DNA of 32,000 bases from Candidatus Scalindua sp. (lineage in GTDB: Bacteria > Planctomycetota > Brocadiia > Brocadiales > Scalinduaceae). Made by a program: the position numbers and the translations under genes. Of the stretch, positions 16,156 through 25,260 are shown in pieces. The notes under the pieces were generated by a model. That model saw only the letters and a list, made by a program, of their open reading frames with translations, had not been told where the DNA came from and ran no database searches. Positions within the stretch are counted from its first letter, which is position 1. Every line of letters begins with the position of its first letter. Location: assembly GCA_031316235.1 (NCBI GenBank), contig JALDRA010000001.1, positions 1-32,000 of the forward strand, given 5' to 3'.

Positions 16156-17007
16156 TCAATTATAGTGTATTTCGTAAGGTACTTTATATCCTAATGCTTG
16201 ATGAGGGCGCTCATTGTTATAGAATGGAAAGTAACTGCCTAAACCATCTATTGTCTCCTTGCAGGTTTCATACCCTTTGAGATAAACATCCTCATATTTT
16301 ACGCTCCTCCAAAGCCTCTCGATAAATATGTTATCAAATGCACGGCCTCTGCCATCCATACTAATTTTGATTCCCCTGTCTAATAGTATTTGGGTAAATT
16401 CCTTACTTGTAAACTGACTCCCTTGATCTGTATTAAAGATTATGGGGGTTCCTTTGTCCAATGCTTCCTCCAGGGCTTCCAGACAAAAGGATACATCGAG
16501 CGTATTACTTAAACGCCACGATAATACATAACGACTGTACCAATCGATTATTGCTACAAGATAAAGAAAGCCTTCTCGTAGCTGGATGTAGGTAATGTCA
16601 GTGCTCCATACGAAATTGGGAGCATCAATCTTGACATCTTTTAACAGGTATGGATATATTTTATGGGCTTTATTCCTTTGACTGAGACTGCGCTTAGGGT
16701 ATATGGCGCTAATCCCCATCAGCCTCATTAGTCGTTGCACCCTTTTCCTGTTTACAATATATCCGCTCTTCCTTAACTCTACTGACATCTTCCGGCTACC
16801 AAAAAATGGAGTTTTAATATACTGGCGATCTATAAATTCCATTATTGATACACTGTATTGATCCATCTTGACTGGATCATAGTATAGTGCACCTTTAGAG
16901 AGCAACAATAGCTCGCATTGCCGGCTTACACTTACCTCCTGGCTATTCCACTCTATTAGCTCTCTTTTTTGAGTAGGAGTGAAATTTAAAGCCTTTTTTT
17001 TAGCCAA
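16156..17007 (-). CDS. IS3-family transposase OrfB (DDE integrase domain)
   Basis: DDE triad context: VWSTDITYI, IIFNTDQGSQFTS, FIERLWRSVKYE. Confidence 0.9.
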   Translation of the reverse strand: MAKKKALNFTPTQKRELIEWNSQEVSVSRQCELLLLSKGALYYDPVKMDQYSVSIMEFIDRQYIKTPFFGSRKMSVELRKSGYIVNRKRVQRLMRLMGISAIYPKRSLSQRNKAHKIYPYLLKDVKIDAPNFVWSTDITYIQLREGFLYLVAIIDWYSRYVLSWRLSNTLDVSFCLEALEEALDKGTPIIFNTDQGSQFTSKEFTQILLDRGIKISMDGRGRAFDNIFIERLWRSVKYEDVYLKGYETCKETIDGLGSYFPFYNNERPHQALGYKVPYEIHYN

Positions 17008-17255
17008 TCATTTTCTACTTTCAGCTTACCTATTTGCTTATATAACTCATCCACTATTTTCTCGTTATTTTTTTCTCCTTTCACCTTTTTTATGGAAAAT
17101 AGGTCTGGGGTTCCTTCTAAAACTATTTTCTTCCATTTTTGAACAAGATCTCGGTGTATCTCATATTTGTTCGATAGCTCAGTAATCGTATTCTCATTCT
17201 TAATCGCTTCAAAGGCTACTTTCGCCTTGAATTTAGCTCCATATCTTTTTCGCAT
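16986..17255 (-). CDS. IS3-family transposase OrfA (HTH)
   Basis: MRKRYGAKFKAKVAFEAIKNENTITELSNKYEIHRDLVQKWKK followed by a leucine-zipper-like tail. It overlaps orfB by 22 nt. Confidence 0.9.
   Translation of the reverse strand: MRKRYGAKFKAKVAFEAIKNENTITELSNKYEIHRDLVQKWKKIVLEGTPDLFSIKKVKGEKNNEKIVDELYKQIGKLKVENDWLKKRL
16994..17001 (-). promoter_or_regulatory. A8 slippery run, candidate programmed -1 frameshift site joining OrfA and OrfB
   Basis: The minus strand reads tgg cta aaa aaa agg. A -1 slip gives ...DWLKKKALNFTPTQKRE..., in frame with orfB. Confidence 0.6.
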
Positions 17256-17327
17256 TCTTGCTCCTTTTCGCTCCTTTCTTTTCGAAAAGATTATAGCAAA
17301 AATGTAGCTTAGCTACCGTTTCAACTT

Positions 17328-18545
17328 TTGGGGTCCATTATAGAGTATGTTAGTGGCATAAAGATCAGAGACCTATTCTTAGACAATGGTAATTGGTGGA
17401 AATTCTTCCTCAAAAACAAGCACCTAATCAGGGCTAGTATCATTACCAATGTCTTAAAACTACTCGTGTGCAGAACAAGCTTTTTAGGGTACCACCTTAT
17501 CCTGTGTCCTAAATGCTTCTATAAAAAGAAAGTTCCGCACTCTTGCAAATCAAAATTTTGCTCTTCTTGCGGTAAGAAAGCCACTGACAACTGGATCAAA
17601 AATAGATTCACCACTCTTCCTAATACTAAATGGCAGCACATTACTTTCACGATAGACGAACGTCTCTGGCCATTTTTCTGGCACAATCGCTATCTCCTTA
17701 ATAAGATACCTGCCATTGCCGCTGACATCATCAAAACTCTTTCTGCCAAAAAAGATTTCACTCCAGGAATCTTCCTTGCCATCCATACTTTCGGAAGAGA
17801 TTTAAAAAGGAACCCACATATCCATCTTTCCACAACCACCGGAGGCCTTCGTATATCAAACAAGCATGCAACATGGGTCAAATCGGCATTTTTTCATCAT
17901 GCTGCCCTTAAAGCAAAATGGAAATATGCTGTTATTCGCCTTTTGTTTGATGAATTTGAGCGTGGCAATCTAAAATTACCCGCCAACTTGAAGCACATTA
18001 AAACAAAACAGACTTTTTACTCCTGGCTCCAAATCTCTTATAATAAAAAATGGGTTGTACATCTTCAAAAACCGTCATCCAACATGAAACACAATATTGA
18101 GTATCTGGGTAAATACCTCAAACGACCCCCTATTGGCGAAACAAGAATAATGTTCTATGATGGCAAGTTTGTTACCTATCAGTTTCGGGACCACTATACC
18201 AACACTAACCAGTTCTTAAAATTACCCGTTCTCGACTTTATTGCCAGATTAATAGCTCATGTCCCTGACAAACATTTCCGCAATATTCGTTACTACGGTT
18301 TTCTTGCAAACAGAAAATCTTCTCAACTTCTCCCTATTGTTTACAAACTACTCAATAGGGCTCCTAACTTTCTTACTAACACCTCTATCCGATGGAAAGA
18401 GATGATTAAAAATACTTTCGCATTTGACCCAACTTCTTGTCCTTGCTGTAAAACACAAATGCTGTTTTCCCTTGCCACCTTCCCAAAAATTCATATGCTC
18501 GCTAAACATAAGGATATTGCGCATGGATATTTCCCGTTGCTTTGA
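17328..18545 (+). CDS. IS91-family rolling-circle (HUH/Y2) transposase
   Basis: N-terminal zinc-binding domain (CRTSFLGYHLILCPKCFYKKKVPHSCKSKFCSSCG), HUH motif (NPHIHLSTTTGGL) and tyrosine motif (YLGKYLKRPPIGETRI). The start is uncertain because there is no in-frame ATG. Confidence 0.85.
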   Translation: MGSIIEYVSGIKIRDLFLDNGNWWKFFLKNKHLIRASIITNVLKLLVCRTSFLGYHLILCPKCFYKKKVPHSCKSKFCSSCGKKATDNWIKNRFTTLPNTKWQHITFTIDERLWPFFWHNRYLLNKIPAIAADIIKTLSAKKDFTPGIFLAIHTFGRDLKRNPHIHLSTTTGGLRISNKHATWVKSAFFHHAALKAKWKYAVIRLLFDEFERGNLKLPANLKHIKTKQTFYSWLQISYNKKWVVHLQKPSSNMKHNIEYLGKYLKRPPIGETRIMFYDGKFVTYQFRDHYTNTNQFLKLPVLDFIARLIAHVPDKHFRNIRYYGFLANRKSSQLLPIVYKLLNRAPNFLTNTSIRWKEMIKNTFAFDPTSCPCCKTQMLFSLATFPKIHMLAKHKDIAHGYFPLL

Positions 18546-18834
18546 GAAAAAACACAACTTGTTCCGCTGTACTCATTGTTCATATGAATATGTTCTTTCA
18601 TTAAAAGAGATTATTAAGACCAAAAGAAAACAACCTTTTCATAAATACGATGAAAACATATCTCCGTTCCAGGAAGTCTGCATGATGTGTTGTAAAGGTC
18701 TTATGATTCCTCTCAAGTTTACTAATGGTTCTGGAGAAACTGTTATTTTCAAGCAAATTAAACCAAAAGTCTCTATGCCTGATGATGAAACTATTCTCGC
18801 TCGTATTATTCTCTTTCAAAATGAGGAAATTTAA
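18523..18834 (+). CDS. Hypothetical small zinc-ribbon-like protein downstream of the IS91 transposase
   Basis: The ATG at 18523 overlaps the transposase 3' end. The 103-aa product has two C-x2-C pairs (CTHC, CMMC). No family recognised; it could be spurious. Confidence 0.3.
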   Translation: MDISRCFEKKHNLFRCTHCSYEYVLSLKEIIKTKRKQPFHKYDENISPFQEVCMMCCKGLMIPLKFTNGSGETVIFKQIKPKVSMPDDETILARIILFQNEEI

Positions 18835-18991
18835 GCACTCGTTAACAATTATTGAATTTCCTATACATAAATTTACTTGAAGAATCATGGGGACTTCTAT
18901 TTCAATAAAAATCCAAAAAAACTATCTTTGTTGCTTCCACAAGTAATATTATAAAATGAAGAGAGCACTACATATATTCGTAATATTAAAA

Positions 18992-19897
18992 CTATAGTAT
19001 TTTTTTCAAAACACTTTTTTGATAAATTTTATATCCTAACTTACGGCTAATTTCTCCAGCTAACATTTGGCACACAAGTATATCCCACCAACGCAATTCA
19101 GGTTTATCTCTCTGATGACTATGTCCAACTTTTTTGCCAATAACTTCGTGATTCACCCTAATATCAAGAAATTGAGCTAAATCTTTTACAACTTTCGTCT
19201 CATTAATAAGGTCTTCATATCTAATTAAGATAGCGCCGATTTCCTGCCACTCACTTGCGAATGAACTGGCAATATTCTGCCATAGTGCCATAAACTTAAA
19301 AACATTGTTCATCCTGTAATAAGGCCTAACTAAATACCATGTTTTACCCTTGTAAGATCGATAAGCGGAAAGTGGGTTGCGAACAAGAAATACAAATTTT
19401 GCCTCCGGATAAAGCCATCTTAAATAAATTGCATGATACGCCGATAAACGTACTGTTTTTATTCCCCAACGTTTAAATCCTTTTTCTCTAGCTGGTTTTG
19501 CCAATAAATTTTCAAAAAATGCCAAGTGTGCATTTCGAATAGCACAAACACCCGGATTTAGGTTCGCAATCCATTCATCCGAAAGTTCTCCAGAAAATTT
19601 ATTTATTGCATATGGTATTGTTGGATCGTCACGACAAAAGTCAGCAATAGTAGCTGAAAGACGTGGTATTGGTATACGGTCACCAAATGGCTCACCCCAA
19701 ATAATAGTGGAAGTATCTGAACAAACTAAGCGCTGTAATAAAGTAGAACCCGAACGCCATCCAGCACTAAGTAAAAAAATTGGGTCTCTGCACACTAAAT
19801 CTTCAACTTTTATATTATCTTCACATCTGCTAAGGAAACAAACCGCGTCTGAAAGCTTATCTGAATAAAGTTCTCTTGGTATCATTTTACGAATCAT
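18992..19897 (-). CDS. PAPS-dependent sulfotransferase family protein
   Basis: 5'-phosphosulfate-binding loop SAGWRSGSTLLQRLV and 3'-phosphate-binding region FVFLVRNPLSAYRSY, with spacing typical of Sulfotransfer-type enzymes. Confidence 0.75.
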   Translation of the reverse strand: MIRKMIPRELYSDKLSDAVCFLSRCEDNIKVEDLVCRDPIFLLSAGWRSGSTLLQRLVCSDTSTIIWGEPFGDRIPIPRLSATIADFCRDDPTIPYAINKFSGELSDEWIANLNPGVCAIRNAHLAFFENLLAKPAREKGFKRWGIKTVRLSAYHAIYLRWLYPEAKFVFLVRNPLSAYRSYKGKTWYLVRPYYRMNNVFKFMALWQNIASSFASEWQEIGAILIRYEDLINETKVVKDLAQFLDIRVNHEVIGKKVGHSHQRDKPELRWWDILVCQMLAGEISRKLGYKIYQKSVLKKIL

Positions 19898-19984
19898 AAA
19901 CGAAGCTAATCTTTTTCTGATATTACTACCCCTACATATAATTTAATAATATTTAAATATGAAATTTAGAAAACACTAGAATAC

Positions 19985-21097
19985 CTAATCCTTACCAAGG
20001 CCATTAAGAAAAAACTTTACTATTCGCTTGCTTGCTTTACCATCCCCATAAGGATTAACAGCTTGAGACATTTTTTCATATGCATTCTTATCCATTAACA
20101 ACTTATTGGCTTCTTTTACAATTCTTTGACGATTAGTTCCCACTAATAAACACGTCCCAGCTTCAACCCCCTCTCTACGCTCTGTCTCATTTCTCAAAAC
20201 TAAAACCGGTTTTCCCAGTGATGGCGCTTCCTCTTGGATGCCACCTGAGTCAGTAAGAATAAAATATGAGTCAGCAATATATTTTGTAAAAGCTGCATAA
20301 TCTAAAGGTTCTGTTAATTCAATTTGCTTCTCATTAGAAAGGTACTTATGCACTATTTTCCTAACATTTGGATTTAGGTGTACCGGAAAAACTATTTTTA
20401 CATTTTTATGTTTTGCTACAATATCTAAGATAGCTTTACAAATTTCTTCAAGGGGCTCACCAAAATTCTCTCTTCTATGAGTAGTCACCAAAATCATTTT
20501 ATGAGTATCCTGCCGGATATATCCCGCAAATCCTTTTTTATTAACTGTTAATAGCAAGGCATCTATAACGGTATTGCCTGTAACAATAATATTTTGTTTA
20601 GGTACACCTTCTCTTAACAAATTATCTTTTGCTAAACTGGTTGGGGCAAAATGCACATCACTTAAAGATGTTACTAACGTCCTATTCATTTCTTCCGGGA
20701 ATGGATAAAACTTATCGTGTGTTCTCAATCCTGCTTCAACATGCCCTACCTTTACCTTATGATAAAAACCTACCAAACTTGCAGCAAAAGCTGTTGTTGT
20801 GTCGCCCTGTACAAGGATAAAATCGATTTTTTCCTTTCCCAATATAGGATCAAGTCCCTTAATTATGTCGCAAGTGACGTCTGACAATTTTTGATTATCA
20901 GTCATAACGTTTAAATCATAATCCGCTTGAATATCAAAAATTTCCAGCATTTGATCCATCATTTCTCGGTGTTGCGCACTCACGGTTACAATCGTACGAA
21001 TTTTATTTGAATATTTTTTTAATTCACTAACAACTGGAGCCATTTTGATCACTTCCGGACGTGTTCCAAAAACAAACATTATTTTTTTCAAGTGCAT
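19985..21097 (-). CDS. wecB: UDP-N-acetylglucosamine 2-epimerase (non-hydrolysing)
   Basis: KIMFVFGTRPEVIKMAPVV, GDTTTAFAA, HVEAGLRT, PFPEEMNR, TGNTVIDAL and TDSGGIQEEAPSLGKPVLVLR are all hallmark WecB/MnaA motifs. Confidence 0.92.
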   Translation of the reverse strand: MHLKKIMFVFGTRPEVIKMAPVVSELKKYSNKIRTIVTVSAQHREMMDQMLEIFDIQADYDLNVMTDNQKLSDVTCDIIKGLDPILGKEKIDFILVQGDTTTAFAASLVGFYHKVKVGHVEAGLRTHDKFYPFPEEMNRTLVTSLSDVHFAPTSLAKDNLLREGVPKQNIIVTGNTVIDALLLTVNKKGFAGYIRQDTHKMILVTTHRRENFGEPLEEICKAILDIVAKHKNVKIVFPVHLNPNVRKIVHKYLSNEKQIELTEPLDYAAFTKYIADSYFILTDSGGIQEEAPSLGKPVLVLRNETERREGVEAGTCLLVGTNRQRIVKEANKLLMDKNAYEKMSQAVNPYGDGKASKRIVKFFLNGLGKD

Positions 21098-21103
21098 TAG
21101 ACC

Positions 21104-22498
21104 TTATATTTTATTTTTTTTCGCTTGATTGTTAATAACCAATTCAAATATATGACAAAGCTTTTTGGCAAGATGTTTTACATTGTACGGTTGAATATTT
21201 TCCTTGTGTATGTAGTTGTTTAATTTTCCTGATTGGAATTGGCAATATACTTTAAAAACCGCATCAGTAATATCTTTTATATTATTATTTATTGATATTC
21301 CCCATCCCTCTCGTCTAAATATATTATCTATAGCACTGTTCTTGTCTGCAATTGGGATAATAGGTTTTTTAACAAAAATATACTCATAAAGTTTCGCTGG
21401 AATTTGTAAATGAGTACCAGGCTGAATTAATAGTAAAACATCAGACTGATATAAATATTTTATAGCATCCGAATGAGGTACCCAGGATTGTGTAAACAAA
21501 ACTCCTGATAAAGATAATTCCTGAATTAACATTAACAACTCTGGTTCTTGAATTGTTAAATTACCAATTAAATTTATTCTTATCACATCCTGAGAAATAA
21601 ATTTATTATCAATCAAATGTTTTATCGCCATGAGAAAATTAAATGGATTTCTACCACTATATAAGCTTCCTATGTGCGAAATAACAAATTGTTTGTTTTT
21701 TCTTTCCTTAATATTGTCGTAATTGAAATCGTTTTCATCGTACCCACAGGTAATAACACCAACTTTTTCTGGTGATGTTTTCAACCTTTTGACAAAGTCG
21801 TCTGCTAACTCTTGTGTATTTGCAATTAAAAAATCTGCACGTTTAACAATAAATTTTTCAAGAAAAGTTTGGAGCTTCTCCAACATTTTACATTTAGACT
21901 GTTTATAAGGATTCTGTGTCCATGGATCCATAAAATCAATCACTAATGGTTTTTTAAAGATTAATTTTAATCCATAGCCAATAAAAAAACCTGACCACGG
22001 CTTCCCAATAGCATAAATAACATCCACTTCTTTTCTAAATAACTCTGTAATTCCGGCAAATAACCCAAATGGAAGCCACCCTACCTCGTTGTCAGGAATA
22101 GTAACTAAATCTGTAATAATGTCTTTAACTTTTGTAAATTTTGAGTTTGGTATATTTAAAAACTCATTGGAATTTCGAACTTTAGATAATTCAATTTGTT
22201 TACCTTTTGTGTTTAAATTGTAAAGCGTAGTAAAGATATTTTTTAGATTTACAATAAAATCATGCAAAGAAAAATAATTAGTCCGAATTATATGAATATC
22301 TTCGGGTATAAGTTTTTTCATAGTACTTTCTACATTAAAAGAGAAATATCGTTCTTTTACAGTTAAAATCGTAATTTCACAACTATTATTTAATAAATTT
22401 GTCAAAAGTTTAGCATTTCTAATTGAACCACTCTCCTGACATGGAGGGAAAGCATAGGCAACAACCAATATATGTTGTTTACGTTTTAGAGATTTCAT
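21104..22498 (-). CDS. Glycosyltransferase, GT4-like (GT-B fold)
   Basis: 464 aa. The N-terminus ILVVAYAFPPCQESGSIRNAKL is typical of the GT4 N-domain. The C-domain has GSLYSGRNP and IPAKLYEYIFVKKPIIPI. Confidence 0.7.
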   Translation of the reverse strand: MKSLKRKQHILVVAYAFPPCQESGSIRNAKLLTNLLNNSCEITILTVKERYFSFNVESTMKKLIPEDIHIIRTNYFSLHDFIVNLKNIFTTLYNLNTKGKQIELSKVRNSNEFLNIPNSKFTKVKDIITDLVTIPDNEVGWLPFGLFAGITELFRKEVDVIYAIGKPWSGFFIGYGLKLIFKKPLVIDFMDPWTQNPYKQSKCKMLEKLQTFLEKFIVKRADFLIANTQELADDFVKRLKTSPEKVGVITCGYDENDFNYDNIKERKNKQFVISHIGSLYSGRNPFNFLMAIKHLIDNKFISQDVIRINLIGNLTIQEPELLMLIQELSLSGVLFTQSWVPHSDAIKYLYQSDVLLLIQPGTHLQIPAKLYEYIFVKKPIIPIADKNSAIDNIFRREGWGISINNNIKDITDAVFKVYCQFQSGKLNNYIHKENIQPYNVKHLAKKLCHIFELVINNQAKKNKI

Positions 22499-22578
22499 TC
22501 TTATGGACTGTTTTGTTTCTAATCTTAGTTAAGGTTTTAAGGTCTCCAAAAAATCTATTTTACATCTTTCGGAGTTAC

Positions 22579-23406
22579 TCAACTCAAATCTTTTATCAAA
22601 CCATGACCTTTGTTTTTAAATAAAAACCAATTAGTTCCTAGACTATCTGTAGTTTTTATGTTTACCAAATCAAAATCAGTAAAGTTAACTTTCATAAACT
22701 TAAAAATTTCATCTACTTTTGCAAATTCATAGGGTAAACCACCTAACCAGTCAACAATATCTGTTTTCCACTCCATACCACGCCTTGCTTTATATTCATT
22801 GATAATTGTTAACGGATTTCTTAATGATATTAAATTGCCAATGATTTCATACCTCAATATATATAACATTTCCATAACCAATTTCCCTATTCTTGGGGAA
22901 TGATTATAAATCTTTTTTATTATCAACCAAAATTCAGAACCTTTCCTGCCTTCAATTTTATTGTAGATTGATATATAATAGTACCCATCTTTATTTACTA
23001 GGCAAGCAGCATTTTTAATTGCTTGCCACATTTTACCAGTATGGTGTAAAACTCCCCACGAATATACAATGTCGAATTTGTTCAATTTACTAACAAATTT
23101 TTTGTCTAAAATAGAACCTTGATAAATTTCCCAATTTTTAGGTTTATTTACTTTTTCATGTAAATGTTTGCAACACTCTACTGAAAACGGGTCAAAATCT
23201 AGACTAACTACCTTATCAGCTCCAAGATTGAATGCCGCATAGGAAAAGAGGCCACTACCACATCCTATATCCAAGAAAGTTTTACCTTCAAAAGTTTCCA
23301 ATTCCATAAACTGAGTAAGAGATTTTTCTGCATTCTTAAATCTTTCTTCATTTAAGTTTTTTAAAAATTTTTGCCAGTTTTTACCAAATGAAAAAGTTAT
23401 TTCCAT
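22579..23406 (-). CDS. Class I SAM-dependent methyltransferase
   Basis: Motif I FLDIGCGSGLFS, an acidic residue after beta-2 (VVSLDFD) and motif IVYSWGVLHH. Confidence 0.8.
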   Translation of the reverse strand: MEITFSFGKNWQKFLKNLNEERFKNAEKSLTQFMELETFEGKTFLDIGCGSGLFSYAAFNLGADKVVSLDFDPFSVECCKHLHEKVNKPKNWEIYQGSILDKKFVSKLNKFDIVYSWGVLHHTGKMWQAIKNAACLVNKDGYYYISIYNKIEGRKGSEFWLIIKKIYNHSPRIGKLVMEMLYILRYEIIGNLISLRNPLTIINEYKARRGMEWKTDIVDWLGGLPYEFAKVDEIFKFMKVNFTDFDLVNIKTTDSLGTNWFLFKNKGHGLIKDLS

Positions 23407-23643
23407 AATTTTCCTCCCATATCATTAAGTGAAGTCTTTGAGGGGGTCCCCATTAGTGCTTTAATTCCAAAACTAATTAACACTACAGCGACACTTTTTT
23501 TCTCAGCTTCCGCTGCAATTTTTTGAATTCCTTTATTTTTGTTTTTCTATGAGAACGATAAGCACTATAATTCCTTTTCTGGTGGTACCTGATAAGTTCA
23601 ATTCGGAATGTGTCAATGAAAATTAGACATTTATTTTTTGTAT

Positions 23644-24690
23644 TTAAACTCTAACCTTAGTGTTGTTTTCCTGCTTCGGTTGATTAATCCATGCTGCCAA
23701 TGGCAAACGTGGAGGTTTAGGTACTTTGCCTTTGAATCGTGATGGATAACTTTCAGAGGCCACTTTTAAGATACGGCATCGTTCTTTCATAATTTGAGCA
23801 GTACGTTTATAATGAACTGCTTCCGGTGTGTTCAAACCAATCCCTGAATGATAATGATCTGTATTATACCAGGCAAAGAAATTTTTGCAGAAAACCCTGG
23901 AGTCCTCAATTGAGCCAAAGTTTCCAGGAAAATCCGGACGATACTTTAAGGTTTTAAACTGCGATTCTGAATAGGGATTATCATTGCTTACATAAGGCCG
24001 AGAATGACTTTTCGTTATACCAAGATCTGCAAGAAGAAACGCTACCTGTTTGGATCTCATGCTTGAACCACGATCAGCATGAATAACAAGTTGTTCGGGT
24101 TTTATAGCCTGTTTATCACAGGTATCAGCAATGAGACGTTGTGCTAATACCGCCTGTTCACAATGCGCAACCATCCATCCAACCACATAGCGACTGAAAA
24201 TATCAAGAATTACATACAGATAGAAATATGTCCATTTCGCAGGACCTTTCAGTTTAGTTATATCCCATGACCATACCTGGTTTGGCGCTGTTGCAATGAG
24301 CTCTGGCTTCTTATACACAGGGTGGCGTAACTGTCTTCTTCGCTCCCTTACTTCATTATGTTTTGTAAGGATGCGATACATTGTTCTTACTGAACACAAA
24401 TAAGTACCTTCATCCAGCAGGGTGGCATATACCTGGCGAGGAGCCTTATCACAAAAACGTTCTGTATGCAAAGTATCCAGTACTTGTTGTTCCTCTCTGG
24501 GAGACAAAGCCAGAGGCGGCCTTGCTGGGCCACGTTTTCCCCGGCCATCGCTGTCTTGACGACCGGTAGGTTGAAAATAAGGGTCACTATTCTTACGGTA
24601 GTAATAATAGTTTGCTCTCGGTATACCCAACGCTTCGCAGGCCCTTTTTATGCACACATATTTGGCTAGAGATTCAGTTGCGAGCATCAA
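23644..24690 (-). CDS. IS3-family transposase OrfB (DDE integrase domain)
   Basis: VWSWDITKL, VIHADRGSSMRS and NPYSESQFKTLKY form the DDE context. It is in the -1 frame relative to orfA. Confidence 0.9.
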   Translation of the reverse strand: MMLATESLAKYVCIKRACEALGIPRANYYYYRKNSDPYFQPTGRQDSDGRGKRGPARPPLALSPREEQQVLDTLHTERFCDKAPRQVYATLLDEGTYLCSVRTMYRILTKHNEVRERRRQLRHPVYKKPELIATAPNQVWSWDITKLKGPAKWTYFYLYVILDIFSRYVVGWMVAHCEQAVLAQRLIADTCDKQAIKPEQLVIHADRGSSMRSKQVAFLLADLGITKSHSRPYVSNDNPYSESQFKTLKYRPDFPGNFGSIEDSRVFCKNFFAWYNTDHYHSGIGLNTPEAVHYKRTAQIMKERCRILKVASESYPSRFKGKVPKPPRLPLAAWINQPKQENNTKVRV

Positions 24691-25175
24691 ATCCTTTCTC
24701 CTGTTTGGTTGGAGGGGATGTTCAATATTTCTGAGATTTTTTTTTGAACTTCGATAATAGTTTCAGCCTGTTTGAGCTTTTGCTTTATAGCACTATTCTC
24801 CCGCTCAAGTTCTAATATATGTTGTGTTAGAGAATCGGACTCTTTCTTCTTTGGGCCACGACGTTTTGGTGAAAGGGCATCAAGGGAACCACGTTCTTTT
24901 TGTCGCCGCCATGTAGTGAGGTTAGAGGCATAAAGACCTTCCCTTCGCAGAAGTGCTCCTACTTGCCCAAAACTTGTGCAGTTGTCTGCATCCTGAAGGA
25001 TTCGAAGTTTGTACTGAGCCGTAAATCTGCGGCGTGTCGCTTTTGAGGATACCTCAGGATCAGGGATAGTGTTCTGATTCGAATTGTTGTTTGAAACTCC
25101 AGTCGCCCTACGGGCTCCTTCCGTTTCAAACAACAATGGCGTAGTATTACTCTTACTTTGATTATTTTTTCTCAT
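24687..25175 (-). CDS. IS3-family transposase OrfA
   Basis: RRRFTAQYKLRILQDAD...GALLRREGLYASNLTTWRRQ (HTH) followed by a coiled-coil tail. It ends 4 nt into orfB. Confidence 0.85.
   Translation of the reverse strand: MRKNNQSKSNTTPLLFETEGARRATGVSNNNSNQNTIPDPEVSSKATRRRFTAQYKLRILQDADNCTSFGQVGALLRREGLYASNLTTWRRQKERGSLDALSPKRRGPKKKESDSLTQHILELERENSAIKQKLKQAETIIEVQKKISEILNIPSNQTGERI
24737..24745 (-). promoter_or_regulatory. A9 slippery run, candidate programmed -1 frameshift site joining OrfA and OrfB
   Basis: The minus strand reads gtt caa aaa aaa atc. A -1 slip reads ...NLRNIEHPLQPNRRKDLMLATESLAKYV, in frame with orfB. Confidence 0.6.
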
Positions 25176-25260
25176 AGCTGTTTTTCTCCTCGCCCTACAC
25201 TAAATTATTACAAGGAAAATGTCCAACTATTATAGACACAGAGGGATTACGTATTTTTTA

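Larger units (their letters stand above)
15748..17337 (-). mobile_element. IS3-family insertion sequence no. 1 (candidate boundaries)
   Basis: tggaccccatgtcaagac...taagctacatattttgc on the plus strand at 15748 resembles tggaccccaaaagttgaaac...taagctacatttttgc on the minus strand at 17337. It encloses orfA/orfB plus an unusually long ~410-bp non-coding tail. No matching target duplication was seen. Confidence 0.55.
23609..25240 (-). mobile_element. IS3-family insertion sequence no. 2 (1632 bp), nested in the IS701-like element
   Basis: IRs are tgtgtcaatgaaaattagacattt (23609-) and the reverse complement of 25240 (tgtgtctataatagttggacattt), 19/25 identical. Flanks are gaa / gag. Confidence 0.75.
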
